Source: a virus. From it: DNA of 64,000 bases. How positions within the stretch are numbered: the stretch's first letter is position 1; every line of letters begins with the position of its first letter. This document shows, one piece after another, positions 54,595-64,000 of the stretch. The position numbers and the translations under genes were made by a program. The notes under the pieces were generated by a model, which had not been told where the DNA came from, ran no database searches, and saw only the letters and a program-made list of their open reading frames with translations. Location: IMG/VR virus record IMGVR_UViG_3300045988_136773, one strand, 5' to 3'.

Positions 54595-54828
54595 GTGATC
54601 TACAAAAACCTATCTCGCACTACAAAAACTTTTTATGGTGTAACATTCAAGCCAGGTTCATCTCATGAAGTATCTGGTTATATAACAAATCCAGATTTTA
54701 TCGCAGTTTCCTGTGCAGACGAGACATCTAATGCAAAGAAACAGGCTACTGCGAAAAAGCAAGTCGTACAAAAAGAAAAAGCACAAAAAGGGGATGAGTT
54801 AACCAGTGGCACAGATTGTAATAAATGA
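54595..54828 (+). CDS. hypothetical small Lys-rich protein
   Basis: ORF track. RBS is GAGGTGA. Confidence 0.45.
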   Translation: MIYKNLSRTTKTFYGVTFKPGSSHEVSGYITNPDFIAVSCADETSNAKKQATAKKQVVQKEKAQKGDELTSGTDCNK

Positions 54829-56668
54829 GATTTCTCAAAACTATTCGTATAATATCGGTACTACATCTTATGCAACTGTAGCGATGCCGATTACTGCCAT
54901 GTGGGGACCATGCTATGGTGATCCGGAGTCCATTGTAGGCGATAATGGTACAGTTGATGATGTTTTAGAGCAGACATCATTCCAGCATTTTACAGCAACG
55001 CAATCCGGACTAGAAGCATTTACATCTACGTATCGTGGACCTGCATCGAATTACAGATTAGCAAAGGACTATAGTTATCAAATGGCAGTAACCCTACTTA
55101 CTGCTGGCTATGATGTTCTTGTTTGTCGCGTTTGTCCTGGTGCAAAGGCATCCAAAACAGTAGATGCTTATGCCCCATCCGGCACAAAGCCACACATTAC
55201 ATTTACAGCAAAATATCCTGGTACTTTTGGTAACAGATTAAAGATATCACTTACTAAAGCATCTAACGGGAAATACTGGAATCTAATTACATATGTAGTA
55301 GACGCATCTGGTGTTACTACAGCTGTTGAAAATTTGATTTTTGTATTCGATGCAAACGCTGCAACGGATATTATCCCTCATGTTAGTGAAGTCGAATCAG
55401 ATTTTATTGACATTAGTACAGATATTTCAGTTGACACTCATGCTTTTGATTCCAATGGTTCTACAACTGTAGTTCAGCAGCTATCCGGTGGTTCTGACAC
55501 TATGACATCTGATTCAACTGCTTCTACAGCATGGGAATCAGCAAAAACACTTGCTGAAACAAGATATAAATCTGCGGGTTATACAGAAACATCCAGTTGT
55601 AAGTATATTTCCGCATTTGACACAGCACCAACTGATTCATTAGTGGCAAATACTCAGAAATACAAAGAATGGATATATAATGCAGCGTATACTGTATATG
55701 ATCTGCTACAGGATAAACTAAACTACAATCCAAATCGCATTATCAGTCCTGGTTGGGACGATCAGAATATTTGTGAACTTACAAATTCATCCGAATCTGT
55801 TCAGCTTACTGAGGTTTCTCCATTGCATAAAAAGATAATGGAAACTGCGTTTACAAGTCGTTGTGCTACAGGATTTATTGATATTCCGAAGTCAGAATCA
55901 AGACAGTATGTGTCAAATGATGATTCCAAAAAGCTTGGATATGCTCAGATGCTTTCTAAAGTAGGAACCGATGTACTTACTACAGATGCAAATGCGGCTT
56001 TATATGCGTCGCATTCTGCATTGTTTGCACCATGGGGATCTTACAAGTATGTAGGAGCATCAAAAGCTTTTACTGCATCTCCGTCATTTCTTGCATTAAT
56101 GCTGCAAAGAGCAATGATTTTAAATCAATCCTTACAGTATGAGTGGGCATTACCTACAAATCGTAAGCACAATCTTACTGTTGGTAAGATGGATTACAAG
56201 GTATCTAAGCATTTTCTTGACATCTGGCAAAAGCTTGATGGGGTTAGCCTGAATGCAATTACCGAGATACCAGAACTTGGTTTGAACGTGTGGGGCAACT
56301 CGACATTATATGATGTGCTACCTGCTACATACCAGGCACTTGCAAATCTATCTACAAGATTTTTGATAAATGCTGTAGAGGATGTTGTGTATAAGTGCGG
56401 TATTGCAATTACGTTCCAATATAATAATCAGCAAGCTTATGACAAATTCTATGCTGGGGTAACACCAACATTGGATACTATGAAGAATGTGGGTGCTATC
56501 GAAGATTACTATGTAACTATGGCTGCTGATATTAACGGCTTGGATCAAGTAAACGCCAATACTGTAATTGGTAAAATCTATCTTGTAGTCAATGGCGTAG
56601 TGAACGACATTAAGGTTGATCTGATTGCACTTCCTCCTGGGAGTGATTTAAATCAATATAAGTCTTGA
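54806..56668 (+). CDS. tail sheath protein
   Basis: 620 aa. The N-terminus IVINEISQNYS..AMPITAMWGP and the ..YDVLVCRV segment follow the T4 gp18-like sheath layout. The tube gene follows. Confidence 0.7.
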   Translation: MAQIVINEISQNYSYNIGTTSYATVAMPITAMWGPCYGDPESIVGDNGTVDDVLEQTSFQHFTATQSGLEAFTSTYRGPASNYRLAKDYSYQMAVTLLTAGYDVLVCRVCPGAKASKTVDAYAPSGTKPHITFTAKYPGTFGNRLKISLTKASNGKYWNLITYVVDASGVTTAVENLIFVFDANAATDIIPHVSEVESDFIDISTDISVDTHAFDSNGSTTVVQQLSGGSDTMTSDSTASTAWESAKTLAETRYKSAGYTETSSCKYISAFDTAPTDSLVANTQKYKEWIYNAAYTVYDLLQDKLNYNPNRIISPGWDDQNICELTNSSESVQLTEVSPLHKKIMETAFTSRCATGFIDIPKSESRQYVSNDDSKKLGYAQMLSKVGTDVLTTDANAALYASHSALFAPWGSYKYVGASKAFTASPSFLALMLQRAMILNQSLQYEWALPTNRKHNLTVGKMDYKVSKHFLDIWQKLDGVSLNAITEIPELGLNVWGNSTLYDVLPATYQALANLSTRFLINAVEDVVYKCGIAITFQYNNQQAYDKFYAGVTPTLDTMKNVGAIEDYYVTMAADINGLDQVNANTVIGKIYLVVNGVVNDIKVDLIALPPGSDLNQYKS

Positions 56669-56684
56669 TCGGTGGTGATGTGAT

Positions 56685-57230
56685 ATGTTTACACCTTTAT
56701 ACATGGGTACAAATCATATGCTAGGAATTGACAATTTTGTTCCATTAACTACAAATAACTTTGAAATCCGTATCTATAATATGGACGGTTCCACTCCAAC
56801 TGAAAACGCAGATCTGTTGACGTTGTCTACCGATGAGGTTGGTTCCGTACAAGAACAACAAGATAGCATTGTTGTCCATTATGGGAATGGTGTCATTAAG
56901 TTTCCGTCTAAGGTTACATTTGCTGATGTTGACTGGACACTGAACTGTTATTGTGAACCGAATGTACTTGACGCTTTACGTGCATGGCGTAAGCAAGTAT
57001 ATGATTCCGAAACTGAAAAGATGGGATTACCGTCTGAGTACATGAAGCAGGTATATTTCATTAAGTATGACGGACAAGGCCGTGCAAGAGATGTTATCAA
57101 GTGTCCTGGAACATGGATCGGTGCACTTGATAATGGTAGTGGCAATCAGACAGGCGGCGATATTGTTAAGGTAAAAGTTCCGTTTGTCATTTCTCGTGCA
57201 ATTTACTTGAAACCAGAAGATATTCGCTGA
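56685..57230 (+). CDS. tail tube protein
   Basis: 181 aa, immediately after the sheath gene. Confidence 0.6.
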   Translation: MFTPLYMGTNHMLGIDNFVPLTTNNFEIRIYNMDGSTPTENADLLTLSTDEVGSVQEQQDSIVVHYGNGVIKFPSKVTFADVDWTLNCYCEPNVLDALRAWRKQVYDSETEKMGLPSEYMKQVYFIKYDGQGRARDVIKCPGTWIGALDNGSGNQTGGDIVKVKVPFVISRAIYLKPEDIR

Positions 57231-57267
57231 TTTTAATTCACCTTAAAACCTTTGAGGAGTGTTTCAC

Positions 57268-58101
57268 ATGGCAATGATTTCAGAAAAGATCGAACTGCTT
57301 GGTAAGAATTTATATACTGATATTCCGGGTACACTGACATTAAAAAGCATTCCAACAGCATCTGAATTGGAGTATGTTGGTAGTGAAGATTTTGTAGGTA
57401 CCATGCTGGATAGCATTCTTCCAGAGGCAGTAGATGAAAATTTAAATTTCCATAATCTTTTGGAAGTAGATTACTATTGGATTTGTAGATGCCTTAGAAT
57501 TTTGAATTATGGACCATACTACACAACTAATGCTGTGTACTGTCGTTCATGTGGAAAGGTTTCATACGGAGAATTTCGAGTAAATTTGAAAACTATCAAT
57601 TGCATTCCTATTCCTGATGATTTTTCAAATGACATCGTGGTTTCAAAAGATGAATTTTTGGATTTCAGCGGTGATGTGCATTTAGCACTGCCTACAATTC
57701 AGCAGATTATCAATTGTAGAAACGATAAGGCATTTCAAACACCTGACGGTAATCTTGACAGTGATCTTGCAAGAATCTGCTATATGGTTACGTCAATTGG
57801 CGGAAAGTCTAATTTAACTCCGATTGAAATCAAATATAAAATTAAGAATGATTTGAGTGCAGCTGATTATATCATACTGCGAGATCGTATTTCAGAGCTG
57901 TCTGATTTTGGATTGCGTAATGGTGGCACAGCACAGTGTCCGAAATGTCATAGTAATGACGCTTCATTTGTTGCATTGGTTAATGATAAGTTTTTTCGCC
58001 CGTCCCTGGGAGATCTCCGGCAATGGAAACACGATCGAAGTGCAGGGGAAAATAAAAACATATCAAGAAGTGCGACAGCAACTATACGAAAACATAATTG
58101 A
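57268..58101 (+). CDS. tail assembly chaperone, short (unshifted) form
   Basis: It lies between the tube and tape measure genes. ATG at 57268 lies 8 nt after GAGGAG. Cys pairs CRSCG and CPKCH are present. Confidence 0.55.
   Translation: MAMISEKIELLGKNLYTDIPGTLTLKSIPTASELEYVGSEDFVGTMLDSILPEAVDENLNFHNLLEVDYYWICRCLRILNYGPYYTTNAVYCRSCGKVSYGEFRVNLKTINCIPIPDDFSNDIVVSKDEFLDFSGDVHLALPTIQQIINCRNDKAFQTPDGNLDSDLARICYMVTSIGGKSNLTPIEIKYKIKNDLSAADYIILRDRISELSDFGLRNGGTAQCPKCHSNDASFVALVNDKFFRPSLGDLRQWKHDRSAGENKNISRSATATIRKHN
57988..57999 (+). promoter_or_regulatory. candidate +1 slippery site AAG UUU UUU CGC
   Basis: The T6 run at 57991-57996 is followed by CGC. tRNA-Phe could re-pair from UUU to UUC. Confidence 0.4.
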
Positions 58102-58246
58102 TGAAACAATTTTTATTGCACGAGCATCTGAAGGTGCTGTGTCAACAGAATGGCTTATGCAGCAACCGATTTTTATTCGGAAAAAGTATGTAGATTCCTT
58201 TACTGCTGAATTGAAATCTAGAGAGGCTGCTTTGAAAAAGAAATAA
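57998..58246 (+). CDS. C-terminal extension of the tail chaperone, reached by a putative +1 frameshift
   Basis: The overlapping ORF (track 57857..58246) is in the +1 frame relative to 57268..58101. The join would be 57268..57996 + 57998..58246. Confidence 0.45.
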   Translation, partial: ARPWEISGNGNTIEVQGKIKTYQEVRQQLYENIIDETIFIARASEGAVSTEWLMQQPIFIRKKYVDSFTAELKSREAALKKK

Positions 58247-58253
58247 TTGAAAT

Positions 58254-58290
58254 AAGGGATAAGGTTAAGGAATCTTATCCCTTGTTTTAT
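58254..58290 (+). terminator. hairpin terminator between chaperone and tape measure genes
   Basis: A 10-bp perfect stem (aagggataag / cttatccctt) with a 10-nt loop, followed by GTTTTAT. Confidence 0.6.
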
Positions 58291-58307
58291 GCATAGGTGG
58301 TGGTTTT

Positions 58308-61300
58308 ATGCCTACAAATAATAATGACATAATTTCTGAGATTAATGGCAGCGATCAGTCAAATTCCAAGAACTTCAGCAATTTTGAAGTTAAAGAATTA
58401 TATATACTTGAATCTATTGACAAAACTGTAAAAGATATTTTGAAATCAAGTGGGCAATCTTCACAGTCCAATGCATTCAATACCTTATCTGGTAGTAGAT
58501 CATTTCGAGATAAATCAAAATCAAATATATCAGCCGGAAAGGGATTTTCTCGTGGTGCTACAAATGATTTTGCAGATGCTTTTAAGAAATCAATCTTTGA
58601 AGCACTTATCGGTTCTGATTTTAAGGAGCAAATTCAAAGTGTATTTTCAGATTTAGCAGACGGGTTAGGCGTAGAAATAGGTGATATTCCAAAAACTCTT
58701 GGTGCAGAACTTGGAAAAACTGTGATGTCTGCATTTAAGGGTTCCGCGATTGGAAAAGAATTAACTGGTAAATTAGATGACGCGAAATCTAAATTTGTTA
58801 GTAATTTAAGATCTACTATACTTGGCACTAGCCAGCAATCTGCAAATGCTAAAAATGAGAAGTCTAAAGGTTCTCAATCTCAGCAAGCTGACGGAGATTC
58901 TATATTTAGAAAATCTACTAAAAGCAATGTAGTATCTGACATACAGAATATTGTAATTCATGCACAAAGTGTTACAGTACAACAGTCTGATATTTCTAAT
59001 CTTGCATCCGGTATATCAGAGGAACCCGCTGAACAGATTAAAAACATCATTTCAAGCAATCTTGGGGGAGATGCACTAGCTAAGTTCAAAGAAGCGGATT
59101 TGGGTACGATAAAAGATTTCATATCAAAGGGCGATAAATCCAGTATTGCAAACATGTTTACTAGTGCATTTGGTGAATCTGGAGAAGTGTCATCCACTAT
59201 TCAGGCTCTAACAGGTATGATGAGTACCAGCGGTGCTGAACTAGTCGGATCTTCCGAATTGGCAATAGGTGCAATAGGAGGATTAACCGGTGCTGCTGTA
59301 GTAGCAGGTGCTGCGATGGTTGCAGTGACAGCTGCTATGTGGGCATTGTCCCCTGCAATCGAAGCTACTACAAAACTAATAAAGAAAGCATCAGAAACCG
59401 CAGATAGATATGCTACATCTAGACAAAATCAAATTAAAACTGAAACAGATCGGTTAAAAGCAGACGTAGAAACAATGGTTAAAGCCCCATTTGACATTCT
59501 AAAGCAGGCTGCTGAAGAAATGTATAATGTGTGGGACACTAATCTCAGAAAAATAAATGGTACACAAGGATATAGTAAAGATGACTTACAAGATTTGATT
59601 GCGTCATTTGCAGATAGACTGCGTTCTGAGGGTTTAACAAAAGTTGTCAGTGCAAGCTCTATTACAGATAATCTTGCAAAGGTGTTGGATTCTGGACTAA
59701 GTGGTAAAGTTGCAGAAGAATTTGCGTATATTGCAACAAAGCTTAATGCCGCAATTCCGACACAAGATTTCTTTTCATATGCAAGTACTTATTCTTCTAT
59801 TGCCGCAAATGCAATCCGACAAGGCAAGTCACAATCTGACGCTATCGACGAGGCCAATCGACAGTTAGAAGGATTTGCAAATAATATTTTATATGCAAGT
59901 CGCGAAGTTGCAGGTGGTTTTACAACTGGTTTAAAGGACGCAGAGAATCTATTCACAGAGTCTGTACAGATTGCACAAGCGTCTAAAACTGGAAATGCTA
60001 CTCAGATTTCCGCAGTGATGACTGCTGTTTCTGCTATTACAGGAGCAATTGCACCAGATTTAGCACAGTCTATGACTGACGCTATTTACAAGGCGGCGAC
60101 TGGTGGTAATAGCTCAGAGATTGTGGCACTACGTTCACTAGCAGGAATCAATGCGTCAAATACTGAATTTCTGAAGCAACTAGCGCAAGATCCACAGAAG
60201 GTGTTTGCAAATCTGTTTTCTGAATTAGGAAAACGTCAGAATATGTCAGAAGACGCTTATATGGAAGTTGCAGAAGGACTCTCTAGTATTTTCGGCGTGT
60301 CTTCTGATGCTTTTGCAAGAGTGGATTTTTCCTACTTAGCTCAGGCTATATCATCTATGGATACAAATAGCACTGCACTGCTGGATAATATGGATCTTCT
60401 TGCATCTGGTCAAACTACCACAAATGCAGAACAGTTAAAAATGCAGCAGATCAATGAGTACATGCTCGATGAAGGATTGTCATATGTACTTGATAACGCC
60501 GCCGCTAGATCTATTCAAGAACATATGTGGGATGAACAAATTGCAAATGATTTGATGGATGCTACATATGGTGTAGAGTTGCAAGGGTCTGCACTTGAAT
60601 TTCTGGAAGGAATTCGTCATACTGTAGAAAACATTATGATACTTGTAAATCCTGCTGCTATGTTTGGAAAGATTAAAGCAGGAATTACAAATTTGATTGG
60701 ATCCGCAGTTGAAAGTTCCGCACAAAGGGCAGATGTAAAGCAACTCCTTGAACTTGGAAAAGTTGGAACCGGAAATGCTACAGCAGCTTATCAGCTGACA
60801 ACAACTGGTCAAAACCTAAATGTAACAGACGACATTATCAGTCTTATGGGTGGCATTTCAGCATATTCGACAACATCAAAAATACGGCAAAGTCTTGTAA
60901 ATACTTACACGCCATGGAATTCTTTTTACGATGCAACATCATCCAGAGGATTTACAAATCGGATGAATCAGGCATACGCTACATTATCGTCCATTGGATC
61001 TATATTTAATTCTAGTCTATCTTCTAACTATTATTGGGGGACTGTAGGCAAAAGTAGTTCTGGTATATCTTCTGCCATTACAGGATCTGATGTTTTAGGT
61101 GTATCTGCATTAAAATCACGGGAATCTCAATCTAGTAATCCAACACGAGTAACAAATAATGCAGTGCAGAAGTTTCTAGGTACAATGAGTTCTTACTTGG
61201 AAGAGAATTCTGGAAAGGATGTTTCTTATGAAGACTGGGCGAAAACTGCAACCAGATTTGGAATATCGAATTTATCTGATGCACTAACCGATGTAGGTCT

Positions 61301-61874
61301 TACAAATGAGGCAGTTCAGGGGCAATTTGAGGCATTTCAAGCAGAGGAAGGTATCAGAATTAAACAGGAACGAGAGCAACGTGAGGATCAATTTTGGGTA
61401 GATAATATCACACAGCTATCTACTAGTAACTCATGGATGGAAACTATTTATAAGAAGCAGTCTGATTTTTATGATGATTTTATACTGTTTCATGAAGATT
61501 TTCTTGCATATGGCGGCAAGGCAGGGCGATTTGAAGCATATCAAAAAGCTTTTAATGCTTATTGTACAAGCTGGACAGAGTATTACGTTAAACACACTGC
61601 ATACAGAAATGCAGTGGGATATGATAGTTCTAGTTGGGATAAGGTTAGATCTGCTGAAAATTCAAAATCAAGAGATGCTGTATATGCTCTAGCTGCTGCG
61701 TTAACAAAAAATAGTGTAGATCTGTTAGATCCTGCTGTTCAGACAAACGTATTGCTTGCAGAAATTTTGCAGATTGTAAATGCTATACTACAGACTGAAT
61801 TTTCAAACTCTGACAGTTCCGCACTACCAAATAGCCTATCTGCTTTAGCATTGGGCATAAATAACCTAAAATGA
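58308..61874 (+). CDS. tail tape measure protein
   Basis: 1188 aa, Ala/Gly/Ser-rich and helical. It has the hydrophobic segment GGLTGAAVVAGAAMVAVTAAMWAL and sits after the chaperone pair. Confidence 0.8.
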   Translation: MPTNNNDIISEINGSDQSNSKNFSNFEVKELYILESIDKTVKDILKSSGQSSQSNAFNTLSGSRSFRDKSKSNISAGKGFSRGATNDFADAFKKSIFEALIGSDFKEQIQSVFSDLADGLGVEIGDIPKTLGAELGKTVMSAFKGSAIGKELTGKLDDAKSKFVSNLRSTILGTSQQSANAKNEKSKGSQSQQADGDSIFRKSTKSNVVSDIQNIVIHAQSVTVQQSDISNLASGISEEPAEQIKNIISSNLGGDALAKFKEADLGTIKDFISKGDKSSIANMFTSAFGESGEVSSTIQALTGMMSTSGAELVGSSELAIGAIGGLTGAAVVAGAAMVAVTAAMWALSPAIEATTKLIKKASETADRYATSRQNQIKTETDRLKADVETMVKAPFDILKQAAEEMYNVWDTNLRKINGTQGYSKDDLQDLIASFADRLRSEGLTKVVSASSITDNLAKVLDSGLSGKVAEEFAYIATKLNAAIPTQDFFSYASTYSSIAANAIRQGKSQSDAIDEANRQLEGFANNILYASREVAGGFTTGLKDAENLFTESVQIAQASKTGNATQISAVMTAVSAITGAIAPDLAQSMTDAIYKAATGGNSSEIVALRSLAGINASNTEFLKQLAQDPQKVFANLFSELGKRQNMSEDAYMEVAEGLSSIFGVSSDAFARVDFSYLAQAISSMDTNSTALLDNMDLLASGQTTTNAEQLKMQQINEYMLDEGLSYVLDNAAARSIQEHMWDEQIANDLMDATYGVELQGSALEFLEGIRHTVENIMILVNPAAMFGKIKAGITNLIGSAVESSAQRADVKQLLELGKVGTGNATAAYQLTTTGQNLNVTDDIISLMGGISAYSTTSKIRQSLVNTYTPWNSFYDATSSRGFTNRMNQAYATLSSIGSIFNSSLSSNYYWGTVGKSSSGISSAITGSDVLGVSALKSRESQSSNPTRVTNNAVQKFLGTMSSYLEENSGKDVSYEDWAKTATRFGISNLSDALTDVGLTNEAVQGQFEAFQAEEGIRIKQEREQREDQFWVDNITQLSTSNSWMETIYKKQSDFYDDFILFHEDFLAYGGKAGRFEAYQKAFNAYCTSWTEYYVKHTAYRNAVGYDSSSWDKVRSAENSKSRDAVYALAAALTKNSVDLLDPAVQTNVLLAEILQIVNAILQTEFSNSDSSALPNSLSALALGINNLK

Positions 61875-61882
61875 CGTAAAGT

Positions 61883-61897
61883 GACCTTATATATGGG
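61883..61897 (+). promoter_or_regulatory. conserved phage motif GACCTTATATATGGG (copy 5)
   Basis: Lies 9 nt after the tape measure stop and 23 nt upstream of the TTG at 61921. Confidence 0.4.
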
Positions 61898-61920
61898 TAT
61901 ATTATCTAGGAGGGATATCT

Positions 61921-64000
61921 TTGGATTTTATCAAATTTCCAGTTGCTACAACAAATATTTTCCCATGTGCAAATACTACAAATGGTGGTCAACTTGTAAC
62001 AGAATTTAACTTACGCTCCAGAGAATCTGTTGCTACAGATTCTAATGTGTCCTATATGATTGGTCCGTCATATGTTCATGGTGAGTCTGATTTTGCCGTA
62101 AGCTTGATGAATGCGTCATCCCAGTACTTTGCAGATGAAACACCTACATCATCTACAATTTTAAAAATTAATGAAGGTTCTGCTGTAGTCAACGGTCATT
62201 TTATTCAGTCGCTTGTACCAATTACAATAGATTTGGTTTCTGCAAATGAAGAAGCCAGAGTAAATGGTGACGCAGAGTTGACAGGGCATCTTAGCGTAGG
62301 TCTACGTGTGATGTATAGCACTGAAGCTACTATGAGCGGATCAATTCTTACCGAATCTAAAGACACACAATATGCTGATTTGTACGAAGGTGTACAGATT
62401 GTTATTTTACCAACTACTGCATTTAAAACTCCAAGCGAAGTTCCGGATGCTCAGGAACAGGTGACTGCACATCTCTTGCTTGCAACATTCGACTATTTTA
62501 ATGGCATAGTCACAAATATTCAGCAAAATTATCCGAGGAAATGTGCAGTCATGGATGCAAGTCGGATCTCAAATGTAGATGCTATGCTGACCGACGACTA
62601 TTTGAGAAAATCCGGCTTAAACTACAAAAAGCTTTATGTATTTGCTGGGAAAGGAAAAAATCCTGACACCGGAAAAGATACATGGTGCGACGCTACAGAT
62701 ACTATGATGGTGTGGGATAAAACTCCAACACCTATGACAGATAGTGAGTTTGTGAATAATGCAGTTAATCAAGGACTAGCTATAAAATCCGGAACTTCAT
62801 CTGATGCTGTAAAAAATTTAATGAATCGGTACCCAGAAGCACTATTTGATACGCTTTCCACAGATGAAGTTGCAATGGTTGTACCTCATAAAGAAATTGA
62901 CTATCCTATTCATACATCTAGCGGTGAAGCACAATTGTATCCGCTGAAAGTGTATAAGCTTCCAGTAGCGGATTTTGTAGCAAACACACCTGGTACTGTA
63001 GATCGAGCATACACAGAACATGTGAAATCTATCACACAGAAAATCAATGACTTATATCATTTAACATCTGGAAAGCAACGATGCTACGTCGATGTTTTGA
63101 ATGATAGAGCAGATTTGCCAGCTTTAAATCAGAAATGGAATGTTGGTGATTACATTCTTGTTGGCGAGGATAACACAATTGATATATCTAATACCGAGTA
63201 TACACAACCTCCATCCTCTATGTATGTAGTAATACCTGGTATTGTATCAGCTGTAAAATATATAGGTAGTACTAAAAATTTAACTACAGCGTCAGATGAA
63301 GTTGCAGTTGGCGGAGGTCAGGTACCTCCGATGGGGGTTTTAATTCAAAGTTTAACACAGTCAGATCCCCCAAATATAACAGATGCATCTGTATATAATG
63401 CATATTTCCATTTTGACGAAAATGAATATCGTGGTGCATACGGAGTTGATTATTTTGCGATTGATACACCTGTAATAGACGAATCAACCGGTGTCCAAAA
63501 AATTGATAAGGAATCAGGATTATCCCTGTTTGATAGATACTACTATGTTGTTGACACTTCAGGTAAAAAATCTTATACAGATCCACCGATTTGGCTTACA
63601 GATGAAATTCCATTGGCTCAGACAGATCGAATTGGTGGATTTTTAAACGTACCAGACACTGCTACAGATGCAGGTTATGTCATTCGTGATGATGAAGGTC
63701 ATCTTCGCATCCTAGATTATTCTTTACTTAGATCTGGAACACTAGCATATCAACTAGGAGAGGATTTTGAAACATCATCCGGTTTGTCCATTTCAGAAAT
63801 TCAAGCACAGTTAGACGAATATGTAAATTACAGAGTTGCGTTTCCGGATGCCACACAAATGCACCGCATTCAAAATGACGGTATACCGAACGAAATCAAT
63901 GTAATTATTCATCTGTCTGCTGCCACAGATGAGGAGATTGCATCTAAGAGTACAACATTAACTATTCGGGCAATTGATTCAAGGTTTAACACTCATGTAA
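61921..64000 (+). CDS. large tail or baseplate-region protein, 3'-truncated by the window end (not in the ORF track)
   Basis: Hand translation from TTG at 61921 (6 nt after AGGAGGG) shows an uninterrupted frame to base 64000 (LDFIKFPVATTNIFPCANTTNGGQLV..). Confidence 0.6.
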   Translation, partial: MDFIKFPVATTNIFPCANTTNGGQLVTEFNLRSRESVATDSNVSYMIGPSYVHGESDFAVSLMNASSQYFADETPTSSTILKINEGSAVVNGHFIQSLVPITIDLVSANEEARVNGDAELTGHLSVGLRVMYSTEATMSGSILTESKDTQYADLYEGVQIVILPTTAFKTPSEVPDAQEQVTAHLLLATFDYFNGIVTNIQQNYPRKCAVMDASRISNVDAMLTDDYLRKSGLNYKKLYVFAGKGKNPDTGKDTWCDATDTMMVWDKTPTPMTDSEFVNNAVNQGLAIKSGTSSDAVKNLMNRYPEALFDTLSTDEVAMVVPHKEIDYPIHTSSGEAQLYPLKVYKLPVADFVANTPGTVDRAYTEHVKSITQKINDLYHLTSGKQRCYVDVLNDRADLPALNQKWNVGDYILVGEDNTIDISNTEYTQPPSSMYVVIPGIVSAVKYIGSTKNLTTASDEVAVGGGQVPPMGVLIQSLTQSDPPNITDASVYNAYFHFDENEYRGAYGVDYFAIDTPVIDESTGVQKIDKESGLSLFDRYYYVVDTSGKKSYTDPPIWLTDEIPLAQTDRIGGFLNVPDTATDAGYVIRDDEGHLRILDYSLLRSGTLAYQLGEDFETSSGLSISEIQAQLDEYVNYRVAFPDATQMHRIQNDGIPNEINVIIHLSAATDEEIASKSTTLTIRAIDSRFNTHV

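Noticed and set aside
57991-57997. A classical -1 frameshift on the T-run of the tail chaperone gene.
   Set aside because: The -1 frame terminates after about 19 codons. The long downstream ORF is in the +1 frame, so a -1 model does not produce the extended product.
1-64000. tRNA, rRNA or tmRNA genes, and stop-codon reassignment.
   Set aside because: No cloverleaf-like conserved T-loop (GTTCGAATC-type) context was seen in the few non-coding gaps. Long uninterrupted ORFs under the standard code fill the window, so recoding is unnecessary. A tRNAscan-SE or ARAGORN run would be needed for certainty.

Overview
The window is a contiguous piece of a large tailed-phage genome with a contractile (myovirus-type) tail. 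Tight gene packing, GGAGG/GGTGA ribosome-binding sites, AT-rich DNA and the standard genetic code point to a low-GC Gram-positive (Firmicutes/Clostridia-like) host.

There are four blocks:

1. 1-9.7 kb (+): small membrane, zinc-ribbon and lipoprotein genes, a sharply GC-rich thyX island, then tail-fibre-like and large structural genes.

2. 9.7-25.8 kb, mixed strands, accessory and regulatory. It holds:
- a receiver-less Spo0A DNA-binding-domain homologue and a KTSC-domain protein;
- three sigma-like genes and two Bro-N antirepressor-like genes;
- four XRE regulators, each with its own palindromic operator set; two of them are tandem duplicated switch modules;
- an Mrr-like type IV nuclease;
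- a five-gene minus-strand cluster: XRE, an ImmA-like protein with a degenerate HEXXH, an N6-methylase remnant fused to an HsdS-type TRD, a 4-TM protein with an internally duplicated soluble domain, and a double zinc-ribbon membrane protein. This cluster is my best candidate for an undescribed defence or exclusion system.

3. 25.8-43.9 kb (+): replication and recombination. It opens with an ori-like repeat region, then:
- DnaB-like helicase, primase and an SSB-like protein;
- a family A DNA polymerase interrupted by both an ORF-less group I intron and a LAGLIDADG intein;
- sliding clamp, Cas4-like nuclease, clamp loader (gamma/tau, delta, delta') and a RecA-like recombinase.

4. 43.9-64 kb (+): packaging and tail.
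- TerL, a LigA-like protein that seems to lack the KxDG lysine, and the portal;
- sheath, tube and a tail chaperone pair whose frame relationship implies a +1 frameshift;
- the tape measure, and an ORF running off the window end that the ORF track omits.

A conserved RACCTTRTATA motif precedes five plus-strand gene blocks.

I recognised no tRNA, rRNA, CRISPR array, integrase, transposase, reverse transcriptase, major capsid protein or endolysin. All functional calls come from motif and architecture recognition by eye. No database search or computation was run, so novelty cannot be verified here.
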